Of a stretch of DNA of 64,000 bases, positions 50,200 to 64,000 are shown in pieces. The stretch comes from Octopus sinensis (lineage: Eukaryota): positions 56,482,001 through 56,546,000 of the forward strand of contig NC_043001.1 of assembly GCF_006345805.1 (NCBI RefSeq), in the 5' to 3' direction. Numbering within the stretch: the stretch's first letter is position 1; the number at the start of each line of letters is the position of its first letter. The translations under genes were made by a program, and so were the position numbers. The notes beneath the pieces are model-generated. The model saw only the letters and a program-made list of their open reading frames with translations, did no database searches and was not told where the DNA came from.

Positions 50200-53150
50200 T
50201 ATTATGTTGTCGCTACTTATTCAAACAATCACGAATCCCATCTACGAAGGCCCATTAACGCTCTTCAACAGGGTATTCCTAGTAGACTGTTTTTATATAG
50301 ACTTTTCTTTTGCTTTTCTATCATTTCCTTTACTCTCCATCTATCCTACATCACTGTAAGGCATCTAGACGAAACTACTGCTTGTTGTGACAATCCAGTA
50401 TTGTGCTCGATAATCAGAACTATTTTTTGATGGCCATTCTTGGTGGGGCCTTGAGTTGATGGCACAGGGGAGGGGGTGATTATGCCAGCTTTTACTTCTT
50501 CTCTAGCTTTTATCGGAGCTGCGATTCATGATTCTGTGGAATCAGCGGTAATTGTAATGATGTAATGGTCTTCACTTCTTGAAGCTGTTGATGATGTCTA
50601 TGCTGCTGTGTGCCATCACATTCCTGCTATATACGATTTTCCACCTTTCGTCAGAAGGCCCTCATATGGTTCGTATTTCCGCTTGTGAAGCAACTGTACA
50701 TTCTGTCTTCCCTCACCAGTCTCTTGATTTCATCTCCTCATTAACAATAGGTAATAGTAGCGATAGCTTTGTGATCTTCAGGACCTAGTCATCCCTGTAG
50801 CGTTTTCATTGCACTACAAAAGGCATTTCTGTCTGCCTTCGAAATGTGTTGTGTCTTATTTTAGTTTTCTATTTTCTGTTGCACTAATAGCAATGACCGT
50901 GTGCTATTTTTGTACGTTCTGTAATATTCGTTATATATCGATGAATATTTTGTCAAAAATTCTCACCACAGCATTTTTTATAATCATTGTTTCTGATTTC
51001 AGTACCGGCATTTCAGTTATCTCTGTTTTCCGATTTTCACATTTGGAAAATTTCTCAATATCTGGGGATAATGTGGTGAATGATTACTTTCAAACATCCG
51101 CAAATTTATTATTTAGGGGTATTTTATTGTCTGTTGGGAATGAGACTTTAATTCGGAGGCAGATTTTTCCCGTAGATATCGACAAAATTATTTTTCTGAT
51201 TAGCTACATTTCTATAAGGATGACATAATCCACGCTATAGCCGCTTTCACGTACTCTAAGGTATTTCGTTGCTCTGTGTTTAAACCAGTTATTTGTTAGT
51301 AATGCATAAAGCTACAGCAATCACCAGTTTAGGAAGGCCTCGACTCTATCACTTAACTAAAACCAGATGGAGATAATGTGGTCAATGGCTACTATCAAGC
51401 ATTCGCAAATCCTACTTTTCTCGACGTGTTGTAGTTTCTGGTCTGAAAGCTTTGATGTTGGGTTATAATCAAGAATTCCTTAGTCTTACTTTTTAGTTCT
51501 GAGATTTCCTCAAGTGCTTGGCTTTTACTGAGCCAGTTTCCATTCTGTTCAGTATTTTTAGATATTGGTCATGAGGGAACTATTTCTGACCTCATTCTGG
51601 AACACCGTTTTTAGTTTACTTTCTGCTTTCCTTGCACTTTCCACGGATGTTTCTCAACTTCCAAATCCCTATTTATAGCTATTTGTATTAGTTTTGTTTT
51701 TATGATAATTTGTTATTCCTATATGCGATATCTAATTGCATAAACCCCTACGACACTGTTTTCGTAGTAAATGGGTCAGATTTTTGTGGTGTATTCTAAA
51801 TGATGCAATTATTTTTCCTGACTTTTTTCTTGTGTAGACTTTTTACTATAATTAGCGTCCAGTGGAGAATATAACAATAACTTATTGCCGGGACAGCAAA
51901 CATATTGATGTATATTGCCTCGTCTTTTTTGTATATAGCTAAGTTTTCACTATTTATCTAATGTGTTTATAATGTTCTTACCTAATTGTTTTTCATCTAT
52001 ATATTGTTATATTCTCTCTGGTTTATTGATTTCTAATTATCTGTTAGTTTATTTTTGGTATGCATGATGCAATATTGGTGTACTTTTTTTACGCAGATTT
52101 TATATCACTTGCCCTATTAATTAAGTGTACAGCCTATAGCAGTTTTCTGGTTGTTTTTTTATCTGCAATATACAATAAAAGAAGATACTTGGTAGTCTTT
52201 CCACACAACTACTATCCGAATCTAGTCTGGTTACCATGTTACCTAAAGACTGTTGGCGTCGGAGAGACATGAGGGAATTTGTATTGAAATATTCTCTTCT
52301 CACAGAGATAGGGTTTGTTTTTGAAATGCCTTTTTGTCAGTATTGACACAATTACTTATCATCAACCCAAGGCGTCTTGAAGATAATTGTTTATTATTAG
52401 TGGTACTTTACTCTGAATAAAGGCTCAAAAGTCCAAATTGCTATCAACAGCCCACCAGTGAACAATTCAGGTTATACTCACACTCTTCTTTATGCTCTTA
52501 CATTATAATTTGGTTGATCAATCATTGATATTTACAGCCATATAACCATCTCTAGTGTCCTCTCTGCTTTTCTGGAACTGTTTCCAAAAATGTTTAAATT
52601 CGATGGCGTTATTTGGAAAACTTTATAAGCTTGAGAAAGTCAAATAGTAGGTCATCTTAAGGTATTAAGATGATTTTTCTCTTCACTGAGCACGTCAGAT
52701 GTAATCCTCTCCCTCAGTATCTTAACTGAACATTTCTTTATGCATCTTACTTCTACCTGCTATACATTTTATAGTTTCAAATCCTAACGTTTCCGGGGGC
52801 CTTCGGGTTATTTATTGATATATTATCTAAACTTCTAGTTGTGCTAATATGAAACCACACAAGTCTTTACAGTTTGATTACTTATTGAACGAGCAATCTT
52901 GTGCTCCGGCTTTTCTTCACTGTCCATGCTGATCCACAGAACACATTTACATAGCTTAATACTGCTAATGCATTGCTTTCTATTTTACTTTAGTTCACCA
53001 TGAGATCTTTTTCAGGAATTTTGCATAGACTCTTGGTACCTGTTAAAACAGAAGTATTCTTGCATATTTGTTTTCGAAAGAAATTCAGGTGTATCCTCCC
53101 CAAGTTTTATTTTTGTATTTCATTGGATGAACTCAAGTAGTTCCGTTTCA
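50200..53150 (-). mobile_element. old degenerate R4/Dong copy on the minus strand
   Basis: Minus strand in order: NNPKAPG (~52800), KGKIILIP (~52670), VPEKQRG..LYGCKYQ*LIN (~52520-52590), NMFAVPAISY (~51880), LKSET (~51000), KNSLLG (~50280). Confidence 0.65.
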
Positions 53151-54231
53151 ATAAACAGAGAAAGTGAGGGCAAGTGACTGTTGATTTCAGATGTGGATTG
53201 CGATGTTGCTGAAACGTTTCATTTTGTGTCTTCTGTTGCTATGGTAGTTGTTTTGGAGGTTTTGTTGAGGTGGATCTTGTGCTTGTCCCCGCATTTTGCT
53301 CCCGTTGTTAATATTTCTGTTGCTGATGCCGCTGTTATCGCTATTGCCGGTACCGCCACTACTGCCACTGCTACCACTGCTGCCATAGTAGCTGTTATTG
53401 TTGTTGGTCCTGTGCTTGGCCAATCGGTTGACACGGTAGTTTCACCAACATTTTTTGCGAACTCCTCCCTATCAAAAGGTTGCTACAAATCATCGCCCCC
53501 AATTCTATTACCAAAAACAATTTCCTTATTTGGCACAAGGCTAACTAAAAAGATAAAACCTAAACAAATAAAATAAATACTATAATATTCTAAATATACC
53601 ACAATCCGATGACAACAATGACGATGATGACAACGAGGAGGACAAAAGATAAGCGAAACAATAAATAAATAAATAAATAGACAAAATCTTTTTTAATGTG
53701 GAAGACCACGTTACTTCATTTTTGTTACAAAAAAAAACCCCAGATATTTTTTGTTGTTGGTATGTTTGAATTTATAGAAGAGTGAAGTAAATTTTAAATA
53801 TTACAAGAATAAGGAATTTCCTGTGAATACTTTAAATCTAAATTGGTACTGCCAAATAAATATAATTCTAAAAAAAAAAGAGGCAAATTTAAGCCATTAA
53901 CATATAGTGGAAGTTAATGATCCAGAGCTGTTGCTGTTCTCTGAATTATTTTTTTGTTTTTTATTTTCCTGCTTATATTCTTTTAAATTTAATCTATCAT
54001 TTTTTCACATTTTGCTGCGATGCTATATTTTTTCTCATTATTTATTCATTATTATAATTTTAGTTTGGAGGAAGAGAGGCTTCATATTTATTATTCTTTC
54101 TGTTTTGTTTCTTCCTTCATAACATTTTTATTATCTGTGATTGTTTTATTTAATATTTTTGTTATTTTTATTACTGCGGGGAAAACGAAGAGTAGTTCGT
54201 TCTTAGCAGACATCGTTCTAGTCTTTAAATC

Positions 54232-54508
54232 ACACACACACACACACACACATACACACACAAACACACGCGCGCACACACACACACACGCACACACACA
54301 ACACACACACACACAACACACACACACACACAATAAATTGAAAAAGTAACGGAAAAAGAAATCTGTTTTGCCATCTACCACATATCCAGCAACCAGCCAA
54401 CCACCCAACAAGCCAACCGACTGACCGAACGACCGGCCATCTTTTCCGAACCAATTAGTAGACATTTTTTCTTAATGGGGTGAAAATTAGTAACATAATT
54501 GCTTTAAG

Positions 54509-54565
<57 letters not shown>
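54232..54565. repeat. (CA)n-rich microsatellites
   Basis: Direct inspection: 54232-54331 and 54512-54563. Confidence 0.9.
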
Positions 54566-55167
54566 ATTCTCTCTCTCTCTCACGGGCATATGTCTGAGTG
54601 TACATACCATAAAATAATATATTTAAATATTATAATACAAGAGAGAAAGTAAATACTGTATGAAGAAAGGATGGAAGGAAGAAAATATTTTAATCTTTAT
54701 ATTGATAATTTACAGTTTGATTGTTGTTATCGATACTGCAGTAATTTTAATTTGAATGCTTTTTTTATTATTAAATTTACAGAAGACCATCAATTTAAAG
54801 AAAATGAATAGTCGATTGGGCCGCTTGAGGTCGTTGACTTGTGAGGGACACTTAGATAAGAATTTGTCCAAATATATATATATAGGTTTCCCTCCCAACA
54901 AATAAAGCGATTTTGGAATGATAACGGAAATAACTACCGAAATGACAGGTGCTTCAAAGTCTGATGAAAGAAGACGTAATCAAATATACATATTTGAACA
55001 TCTGGACTTATACGCAACAGAAAGCAAATATCGCTACTAGACATTGCGTATATATTTACATAGGTTAGTTTTGATACATCGAGAAAAATATACTATTGGC
55101 ACATAAAACTGTGCACTGGCTGTGCCGCAAAAGTATACAATATAAATATGATTACCGAAATATTAGT

Positions 55168-55375
55168 TTCAGATTTTGGTACGTGGCCAGCAATCTAGGG
55201 GAAAGGAGAGAATCAATTACATCGATCCCACTGAGCAACTGCTTATTTTATCGACCATGAACGCGTCAAGTGGAAAATCGACTTCGGCCGAATTTGAACT
55301 CAGAACGTAAAGACGGACGAAATGCCGCTAAGCATTATTCCCAGTGTGCTAACGATTCTACCAGTTGGCTGCCTT
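55168..55375 (-). mobile_element. SINE S1 monomer
   Basis: S1 body gaatttgaactcagaacgtaaagacggacgaaatgccgctaagcatt and head. Confidence 0.8.
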
Positions 55376-55583
55376 TGATTACTGAATTATTAACAAGAGT
55401 AATGACAATTAACAAAAACAACAATAATAACTGTATCAATAATATTTTTTTCTTGTGCACAAAAACTCAAAGGCAATCAGGACACTACTACAAAATACAG
55501 GGTGGAATACACGTAAAAATAATTAAAAGATTTAGCCAAAAAATACTAAAACGTCTTTCGTCCTTGAACAACTGGCTCTAGAC

Positions 55584-55802
55584 CAGTGCTTTTCAAACTT
55601 TTTGCTGGAGCGGAACCCCAAGGAAACATTCCACTGGCTCGAGGAACCCCTGTGCAATAATTTAATAGTCTTATGCACACATATCTGCACAGGAGAATTA
55701 AAAATTACTGCCGATTTTAGCAGTTTTGTAACTTCTTGCGGAACCCCTAGACTGTACTGGCGGAAGCCTAAGGTTCCGCGGAACCCTCGTTGAAAACCAC
55801 TG
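55584..55802. mobile_element. hAT (Charlie-type) MITE, 219 bp
   Basis: TIRs cagtgcttttcaa / ttgaaaaccactg (12/13 match); perfect 8-bp TSD ctctagac at 55576-55583 and 55803-55810 (NTCTAGAN-type site). Confidence 0.92.
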
Positions 55803-56129
55803 CTCTAGACAATCAAGAAGCCGCAAAAATACCTGATCATTCTGACAAGAAATGGCGAATAACCTCTCTCACTTGTCACCCCCTAGCCTTCAGGTGCATG
55901 CTTCGAATGAAACCGTTCGCTTAGCCGACTTTTCAAGATTTACAGGACATCCCTTTTCTCCCCCAAAGAAGCTTTAAAATAATGATAAGGGTTTGGTTAA
56001 AATGAAAGCGCCTGTTTTAAATCATTTCATGCTCAGATCCTTCTTCCCTACAGCCATCAGACGGAGGAAAACTTCCAACCCTTTTGAGCCAAGAGAAATT
56101 GGATGATAGATCTTCACGAAAAACTTGGA

Positions 56130-56308
56130 ATAATATTGATGGGGATAAGTCGGTTACATTGACCCCAGCAATTCATCTGGTAATTATTTTATCAACACTG
56201 AAATGATGAAAGGCAAAGCCGACCTCGGTGGAATTTGATCTGAGAACGCAAAGACGAGCGAAATGTCGCTAACATTTCGCTCAGCGTGCTAACAAGTCTG
56301 CTAGCTCA
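56130..56308 (-). mobile_element. SINE S1 monomer
   Basis: S1 blocks ggggataagtcggttacattgaccccag...gatgaaaggcaaagccgacctcggtggaatttga. Confidence 0.8.
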
Positions 56309-56479
56309 CTAAGACTTGGAATAACATTAGTAGTAATAATACTACTTTCTTTATTGGCCACAACACAAAATCACCTTTAGAACAGAACAAAGAAAGAAGA
56401 GGTTTAGATAAACACATGCAAACAATTAAGGCAAAAACAATTAACAAGAAAATTATGACAATGAAATACCAGTGAAGCA

Positions 56480-56640
56480 TGAGAGATGGACTTGATCGAA
56501 TATCCCCTTCCAGTAAATTTTGACTCTCTATCTGGTGGCTATTGTAAAAGAAAACTTGATGAATGCGTTTGAAAATCTTCAGGTCGGAGCTTTTCTTCTC
56601 AAACCAAGTATTCATTAACTTCTTGATTCATCACTTTACA
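56480..56640 (-). mobile_element. possible RTE/CR1 AP-endonuclease fragment
   Basis: MNTWFEKK (ORF 56301..56615) resembles the NTxFxKK motif of APE domains. Confidence 0.25.
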
Positions 56641-57099
56641 AGAGATGTGAGGGAAGGATAAAAATGCCGCCTTTATAGTAAATTATGAAAGGTAACTGAG
56701 ATTGGGGAATCTCGCGAAGGTGCAAGAAGCGGCTGCGAAAAGTCAGTTGCTTTGTTTGTGAATCGAAGTGCTACTCTATGACTGCGTAGATTACTCTAAT
56801 CACTGCGTAGATTTCATTTTGTTTTTAGTCCGTTTTTATATATGCTAATGCTGTTAATTAATATGTACTAATATATTCCTTATTATTATTTCGAAACTCA
56901 TCTCTATACTACATGTGAGTCTCCCATTTTCTTAAATATTTATATTTCATTTTGTACTGTTACAATGCCTTCGACCCACTAAGCAACAACAACAAAAACA
57001 AAAAATCATTATGTCATTGCATTGTAAGTTAGTAGGATGTAGTTAAAACGAGACTTAGCTGCTATTTCTATCTGATCAAGCCATTGCAAAGGGGTTGGT

Positions 57100-58600
57100 T
57101 TTGTTGGCTCGGAGGCTTTGGTGTTGTCACAACTAGAAGAGGTAATTACCCTACATTCTAGGATATGAGAGGCAGATGGTAAAGAGCGTCTATATCCAGA
57201 TTTAGATAAGAGGCTACAAACACATACTTTGGGGAAAGTGACAATGTTCCAAATTCATCTAGAGCAGCCATTACTGTTCATTCTTCTGGGGTCGGTAACA
57301 TAAAGTCTCGGTCAAATTCTGACACTAATATAATATTCTGCTACCTTACTCGAGATATGTGGGCGTGTGTCTATGTAAGAGATCAATATTTGATAAGATG
57401 AGAATGGATGTTGCGAAATATTTTGAATAGTAGAGCCATGTCTGGTTGATTAAATAGCATATCACAGAAAATAATAGGAGTGTACTTTCATACAGACAAA
57501 TAAAAAGAGATAAAAGAAAGAATATAGAATTGTCACTTATAAGAGGATATATAACAGGGCGAAATAATAATATGGATAGTGTCTCCTTAATCTCAGCAGA
57601 GCAAACAGAAAATCCAATTGTACATATTTGAATCGACATGTTGAAATCATCGAGATGTATTTGTCACATTACCCACTTGCATAATTAATCAGATTGTTCA
57701 GATATGTGTTATACTAATTGAGTAATGTTTACATTAGCAGTGATAAATGTAAAGGGTGATCTAATAGCGAAGTGTGTTATAATGATTTCCAGCTGATGGA
57801 TTACGTGTTGAGTATGTTTACTAGAAAGAGTTATATCAGAATAGGGATGGATTAAAGAATTTTGAGCTTCTAAGAGATTAGGCGGTTATGTTTATCTAAG
57901 AATCTACTTGCAAATATATACATATAAGTTATATATATTACATGTATATGCATATATGTATGATGTGTTTTTATGTGCTTTGTTCATTTTGTGGTAGAAA
58001 AACAACGAAAGTGATCAATATACTCTAGAGTTACACGCCTGATATATAGATATATAGATTATTTGTACCATAGTTGCGTTCAAGTATTGAAGAAAATTTA
58101 TTTTCTATATTTGTTCCGACCATCCGCAATATAATTTCAAATCCCGCCGATGCCAGCTTTGCTTTTCTACATTTCGAGGTCAATCACTAGAATACTAGCT
58201 TCGAGTGCCAGATTGGTATTAAAGTTGTTTGAAGGTCGAGCAAGATGTTCACAGTATTATCTAATCTGAAAATCCTTGACATACATATCTCGCCAGTGGT
58301 TAGAGCCATTCACCTGAGCACAGGGTAAAAGTTAATTACTAAAATTACAATAGGTGGAAAATGTTTGTATCTGTCTGATACTGTAGTGGAACGGTGATGT
58401 TGAAGGTAGAGATCAGATAAGGATTACATTTTCCATTTAGTGTTTGTTCGATCAGATTTTCAGTCGACAATACATATACTGATATACATGATTTGATTGT
58501 TAACATGATAGTAGTACAAATGTTGAACACAGTACTTTAAAGTAATCACAAGACCACTGATATATTTATGATGTTTATAGTTTAAAAAGCAATATTCATA
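57100..58600 (-). mobile_element. possible very old CR1-like endonuclease relic
   Basis: HLDDFNMSIQI (~57665-57635) resembles GDFN; otherwise weak. Confidence 0.2.
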
Positions 58601-59259
58601 TGTTTAATACCTCAATATATGTACCTGTGGGGGGGGCATGTATGTAGGTAATTATACATTAGATTTAAAACGGTTAAACTTGTAGCGGGATAAAATTTGC
58701 TTTATAAAGCTATCAGTAATTCTACAGACTTACAGCTTGTTTATTCTCTCCAGAACTGAAACTGCTTGTTTATTCTCTCCAGAACTGAAACTGCTCGTCA
58801 CGTCCTTTGCTAGAGGTACTAATAAACTGTTAATCAACAGATTACTAATACAAAATCAACAATAAAACATTAGTTTAACAAATTACTAAGAAGAAATCAA
58901 CAACAAAAAGAAAAAACATTAGTTATTGCAAAACTTGTGACTAGTAATTAATTTAGCCAGGCTATTAGTTCAGTATCTAAAGTTATATTTTTGCTTATAA
59001 TCTATTTATATGTATAAAATAAATCTAAATCTGAGAAGCTTAATGTGTAATAAATGATGATCGCTAGTTGCCAGTTTCAATCCAGGGACTGACCTTTGAA
59101 AATTTACATTAAAAATACCCATTCCCATTTGTAATATATTCGACAACTAAAAATGTAGATGTATTTATCATAATTGCTTTGTTTCAACGTTTGAGTGTCC
59201 ATCACAAACTAAGGCTGGGAATTACAATTATTTTCATCGGCTAAACAAAATTACTATCT

Positions 59260-59600
59260 TTTACTTGTTTCCGTCATTAGACTGCGACTATACAGAGGGA
59301 CCACCTTGAAGATTTTTCACTCGAATGAATCGACTACGAGACTAATTTTTTTAAAGCCTGGTACTTATTCTTTCAGTTTCTTTTGTCGAACCGTTAGATT
59401 ACGGGGACGTAAACACACCAACAACTGTTGTCAAGCAATGATGGGATCCCACCACACATACATACGACGGGATTCTTTCAGTTTCCGTCTCACGAATCCA
59501 CTGCACAACGCTAAAGTAGAAGACACTTGTCGAAGGTACCATACAGTTGGACTGAATCTGGAGCTATTTGGATGGGAAGCAAACTTATCTTATTGTCACA
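59260..59600 (-). mobile_element. tRNA-derived SINE family S2
   Basis: Reverse-complement homologue of 39790-40170 (ttttacttgtttc.gtcatt, ctttcagtttccgtct, agaagacacttg). Confidence 0.75.
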
Positions 59601-60230
59601 CCTTCATTTATTAAGTATTTATTAAGTATACTGTATTTATTTTGGGTTACGAAATTTTGTCGTTTAAGGAAGCAACTAGATATATACTGTGGATCTGGGC
59701 GAGTAACTTGATTATACGAAGATTGAAATTAGTTTCATAGAATGTGAAAAGCAATTCAGATACACTCACACACAGGTACATGGCAACACAATTATTTTTA
59801 GATATTGGAACCTATAAAAGTCAATACCAACCATATATCAAGACAAATTTACCATTCGTTTCATTCGTTAACTTTGTAGCTAATATTGGGTCAATTATTT
59901 CTTACGATTATGTAATGGAATGAGAGGTGGGTGGTACACACCGAATATAGCCCTACTTGTTTATTCATGGTTTTAATCTATCTCCAGCAAGGCACTTGAC
60001 AGGCTGCGTGAATTCTGAGGAGAATCAACAATCTCGAAGCAGATAAATTCACTGCAATCGCGTGATTTGGCAAAAATTCAAAATTATAAAACCAATTTTC
60101 TTCCAGAGCAAATTTAAATGTTTATATCATATAAATGTAGTCTCATAAACTGAACTACTTGATTTGATTTTCATTTCGATTCTTAGGTAATTATTATATA
60201 TACACACACACACACATACACACACACACA

Positions 60231-60332
<102 letters not shown>

Positions 60333-60779
60333 CACATATATGTATATATACATACATACATACATTTATTTATTTGTTGCTGCCCTTAGAATAGCTGAAT
60401 AATCTGCACTGATCAGAGGTAGATTTGAAGGCAGTCAGCTGATATGCATGAAATATCTAAGACCTCCGTGTTGTCCATGTGTCAGCATCGGGAAAATTCC
60501 TCTCTCGGGCAAATATCAGACGTTGTCTATACAGTATCTCCCATTTCCACGCTATCAATGTCATCTAAAGGAAAGACAAGTAAAGCTACAACAAACCACC
60601 AGTGTAATCGCAGGCGAACTGACAATGTTACTTTCATCGTCTGAAACCGTTCTGTAGCAACCTTCCTGGCGTAGGTTCCTGTCCATGAAAGTTCTACCAC
60701 TTTATATGCTCCTGTTGAGCTAAGACTCGGCTACTCTTCAGGCACTTTCTATAATCTACCGCATTAAGTATATTTTAGT

Positions 60780-62450
60780 AGTGTCTATTTGGACAATATA
60801 GATTTTCTACACATCAAACTTATCTCAGTTTTGAGGCTTCGTATCTCAATCAGTTTCTTTCTACATCACTTTTCCCCAGTCATGATAGTTGTTAGGCAGA
60901 TAATGAATTTAGCAACCGAAGTTCTAGTATGCTATTTTTTGTCCTTCTTTGGCTTGTCTCTATTTCATAGGTTACTATCTTTATTCATTCCCTGTTCATG
61001 CTAAAAGCGTTGCCCATTTTGTTAGACTGTCGTGTCTATTTACCTCACAGTAGATTGTGATATAGCAAGTATATTTATCTTAAAATATTTTGGATTTCGA
61101 GTTCTTTTTTTACCTATTTTCTATCGCTGTAGTATTTCTCTCTCTTCCTTCCCATCTCTCTCCCTCGCTTTCTTAGCTTTGTGTGTTTTTATTGTCGATC
61201 TTATTAAGGACTGAAGGCATATTTTATCTTCCGAATTTATCTTTATGTTGCTTTTTCCACAGTATTTGTTTGGTTTGAGATATTGCTATATGAGAACTTT
61301 GGAGTAGATATACACTTTATTTGTGATTGATTCGGCTTCTGCATTGTTTTGTTGAATTATCTTAGTGATATTGATGTTTACATCTGTTTGCAATGTGACT
61401 ATCATGACCTACTTTCTCTTTTTTTTTATCACATATATTATTTTTGTCATTATGTTCTATCTTTGGGACGGGCTTATTTGTATTTTTTTTGTCTGTATGA
61501 AGATTTATTGATTTTCATACTTCAAACATTTCCTGCTTTAGATTATTGTTATTTTCAAAATGTCCAAATCAAGAATCTTTCTACCATTAAATCCTTCTCA
61601 TATCCAATTGTGTTCATATTTTCCTTGGTGTAATCCTGTACGTTTACTGGTGTTCGGGTTTTTAAAATGTTTGTTTTCTTTGTTTTATTTGCATTAGATG
61701 TATTTTCCTGATTTGTATATTTATTATTTATAGCTGTGTTTATCTTTATGTGGTTTCTAATTTTTCTCTTTTTTTATTGTGCATTCTTCTATTTTCATTC
61801 TGTATTTTTTACCTTCGAAATCATCTATTTCTGAGTCAGACATGTTTTAATATTGAATGTGTACTTTCTTAAATGAGTTAGTCTATTGAGATTCTAAGCT
61901 ATTTCTTGATTTGGGTATTAACCATTGTTGATATGTTTACTCTCATCTTTGTCGAACTGCTTACTTGTTCTTCAACGCCATTTCAACAGTGGCCGAGTTG
62001 AACATGATCACACGATTTTAACCTTTTTGTAAAACAGGTACTCTATTGTCGACTGTATCACCTTTACTTTATGCAATACTTTGATATAATTTGATGGAAA
62101 TTTGATTGTTATTGAGGAGCAGATCGGGTGACTGCATAGAACATGGCTCACTGATTGACAGATTCCTCTGAAGACCAATTATGCTTTTCTCAGTTTCATT
62201 ATTGGTTACTTGAAAATTTTCCTTCATGCCTACATTTAGATTGACAAAATTTCTTCTTCATAACCAGCTTAATAACTTATAGCGTTGTGAATATTTTCAT
62301 CAACATTTATCTGTACAGCTTAAGAATCCAGTGTAATCATAAATTTTAAATCTTAAGCGGTTTGATGTGGATTATTTTTCAAACGTTTATCAGGTTTCGT
62401 TCTGGTTGAACTTTTCTGTTTTGTGTTGAGACTCGTGTGCTTATACATGG
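60780..62450 (-). mobile_element. old degenerate R4/Dong relic (N-terminus to start of RT)
   Basis: Minus strand aagcccgtcccaaaga (~61460) resembles KAPGPD; upstream segments resemble the PxWxxRLExxI and FWxxIW motifs. Confidence 0.35.
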
Positions 62451-63469
62451 TGGCCAGTCATCAGTTAATGTGACCTCGAGGAAATTATACGGAATAAAGA
62501 ATACACTAATAAAATGCAAAAACATTTACAAAGTAAATAACGCACAACTCACAAAAATGAATGTTCAATAGTACAGCTAAGTGAAACACACTACAAGTCA
62601 ATCAAATAATGCTCTTCTTGGTTATAATAATGAACTACAGCTTTCTTAACGATTTGATTATGAGGAGTGAAGTACTTTGTCGTGGACACAACGTATCTAG
62701 TCATAAAAAAGCATTGTATGCTCTCTAAGTATACGGTTAAGTTGCATGTGCTAAAATTCAAACAAGATCAATAAAGAATCATACTGATATTTGTGTGCAT
62801 GCATATGTTTATGCATGCATATTAAGTATTATTATCTTGTGTGTGAAAGAAAAAAAAAAGATTATTCCTTAAATATATTTTAACATTTAATGTCTCACAT
62901 AAAATGTAAGTTAATATCTATTAAAACATCATCAAAATCATTGAAACTGTCTGGGCCAAAGTTATCCATCAGGAAGCGATCAACTCTATATCTTTCTGAT
63001 GCCGAATGCTGCCTTTTCTGCTGGAATCTGGGAAAATGAAACATGTCGGAAAAGTCTTAATGCTTTAGTCATAGTAAGAAAGACATTGAACATTAATCTC
63101 CAGGGCCTCCTAGACTGATTGAGAATTTTTTTCTAAATTCCTGTTCGTATTCTTATAACAGAGAGGACTACGCAAAACATATCCAAGAGTCAAATGATAG
63201 CGTTAAATCGTGCGACAGATCAAGTCTACTACAGACTAATTAGAACCGTCGTTCCAGCTGCTCTCCGTCTGCAGCTGACTATGACAGAAAACACTTCCAC
63301 AAAATAGCGTTTAGTGTGATCGAACGCGATACTACATAACTGTGGGCTTTATAACCACGAAGAAGAACAGAGAGGGAGACTGAGCGAAGAAAAGAGAATG
63401 AAAGATATGAATAATTATTGCAGTATTGTCTCGTGTAACATTAGAGCAACGTCATATCAAAAATAATAA

Positions 63470-63682
63470 TTTCAAATTTTGACACAAGACCAGTAAATTC
63501 GGGAGAGGGGATAAGTCGATTATATCGACCCCACTGTTCAACTGGTACATATTTTAAGGATTCCAAAAGGGTGAAAAGCAGAGTCGACTTTGGAGGTATT
63601 TGAACTCAGAACGTAAAGTCAGAGGAAGAACCGTTATGCATTTTGTCCAGTGTGCTAAGGATTCTGCCAGCTTGCCGCCTTC
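63470..63682 (-). mobile_element. SINE S1 monomer
   Basis: ggggataagtcgattatatcgacccc...tttgaactcagaacgtaaag...gattctgccagcttgccgcctt. Confidence 0.8.
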
Positions 63683-64000
63683 ATATCATCAGTAATTTAA
63701 CGACATTACGTCAAGGACACATTCACTGTACACCACTGTTCATTCAGTACCTTTATTATGAAAACAAACTTGTCCATTATTTACAGAATTCCTCAACTCT
63801 TAGATATAGAACTGTAAACTTGTCCATGCTTTGATAACACTCGATGAAAATTCTGAAATCCGATGTAAATGCTAGGTCTAATAACTACTGACAATTTCTA
63901 TGCTTAGTTAAATGTCTCTCCTTGGAATTTCAAAACCTAATTGTTGCTGATTCTTCGCAAACCTGAAAGGTATCTCACAATGGATTGCTACTACTGCTAC

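Noticed and set aside
53219-53434. MAAVVAVAVVAVPAIAITAASA.. as a signal peptide of a small secreted protein
   Set aside because: The hydrophobic run derives from a degenerate (GCA/GTA)n trinucleotide tract, and there is no other support.

Overview
AT-rich, microsatellite-dense eukaryotic DNA. The repeat repertoire suggests an octopus or other cephalopod genome (inference from recall, not a database match). I found no host exon I can support, no intact protein-coding gene, no true tRNA or rRNA gene and no CRISPR array; nearly all supplied ORFs are microsatellite or antisense artefacts. The window is dominated by (1) at least 14 copies or fragments of R4/Dong-clade non-LTR retrotransposons (RT + CCHC finger + restriction-like endonuclease), stacked head-to-tail in (TAA)n tracts at about 20.5-31.7 kb and 45.0-49.3 kb, with one nearly intact copy at 45222-48729; (2) about 15 copies of a tRNA-headed, sometimes dimeric or trimeric SINE that occupies the same tracts in the opposite polarity; (3) four copies of an unexplained ~600-bp non-coding, (TAA)n-embedded repeat with a terminal 21-nt hairpin unit; (4) other SINEs, hAT and Tigger-type MITEs, a foldback element, a Helitron-like element, Penelope/Tx1/CR1/RTE relics, a 5.8S rRNA relic and two near-perfect tandem duplications that may be assembly artefacts. 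The most interesting candidate system is a strand-polarised community of elements colonising (TAA)n microsatellites, including the orphan 600-bp element. Boundaries of degenerate relics are approximate and all protein similarities were judged by eye.
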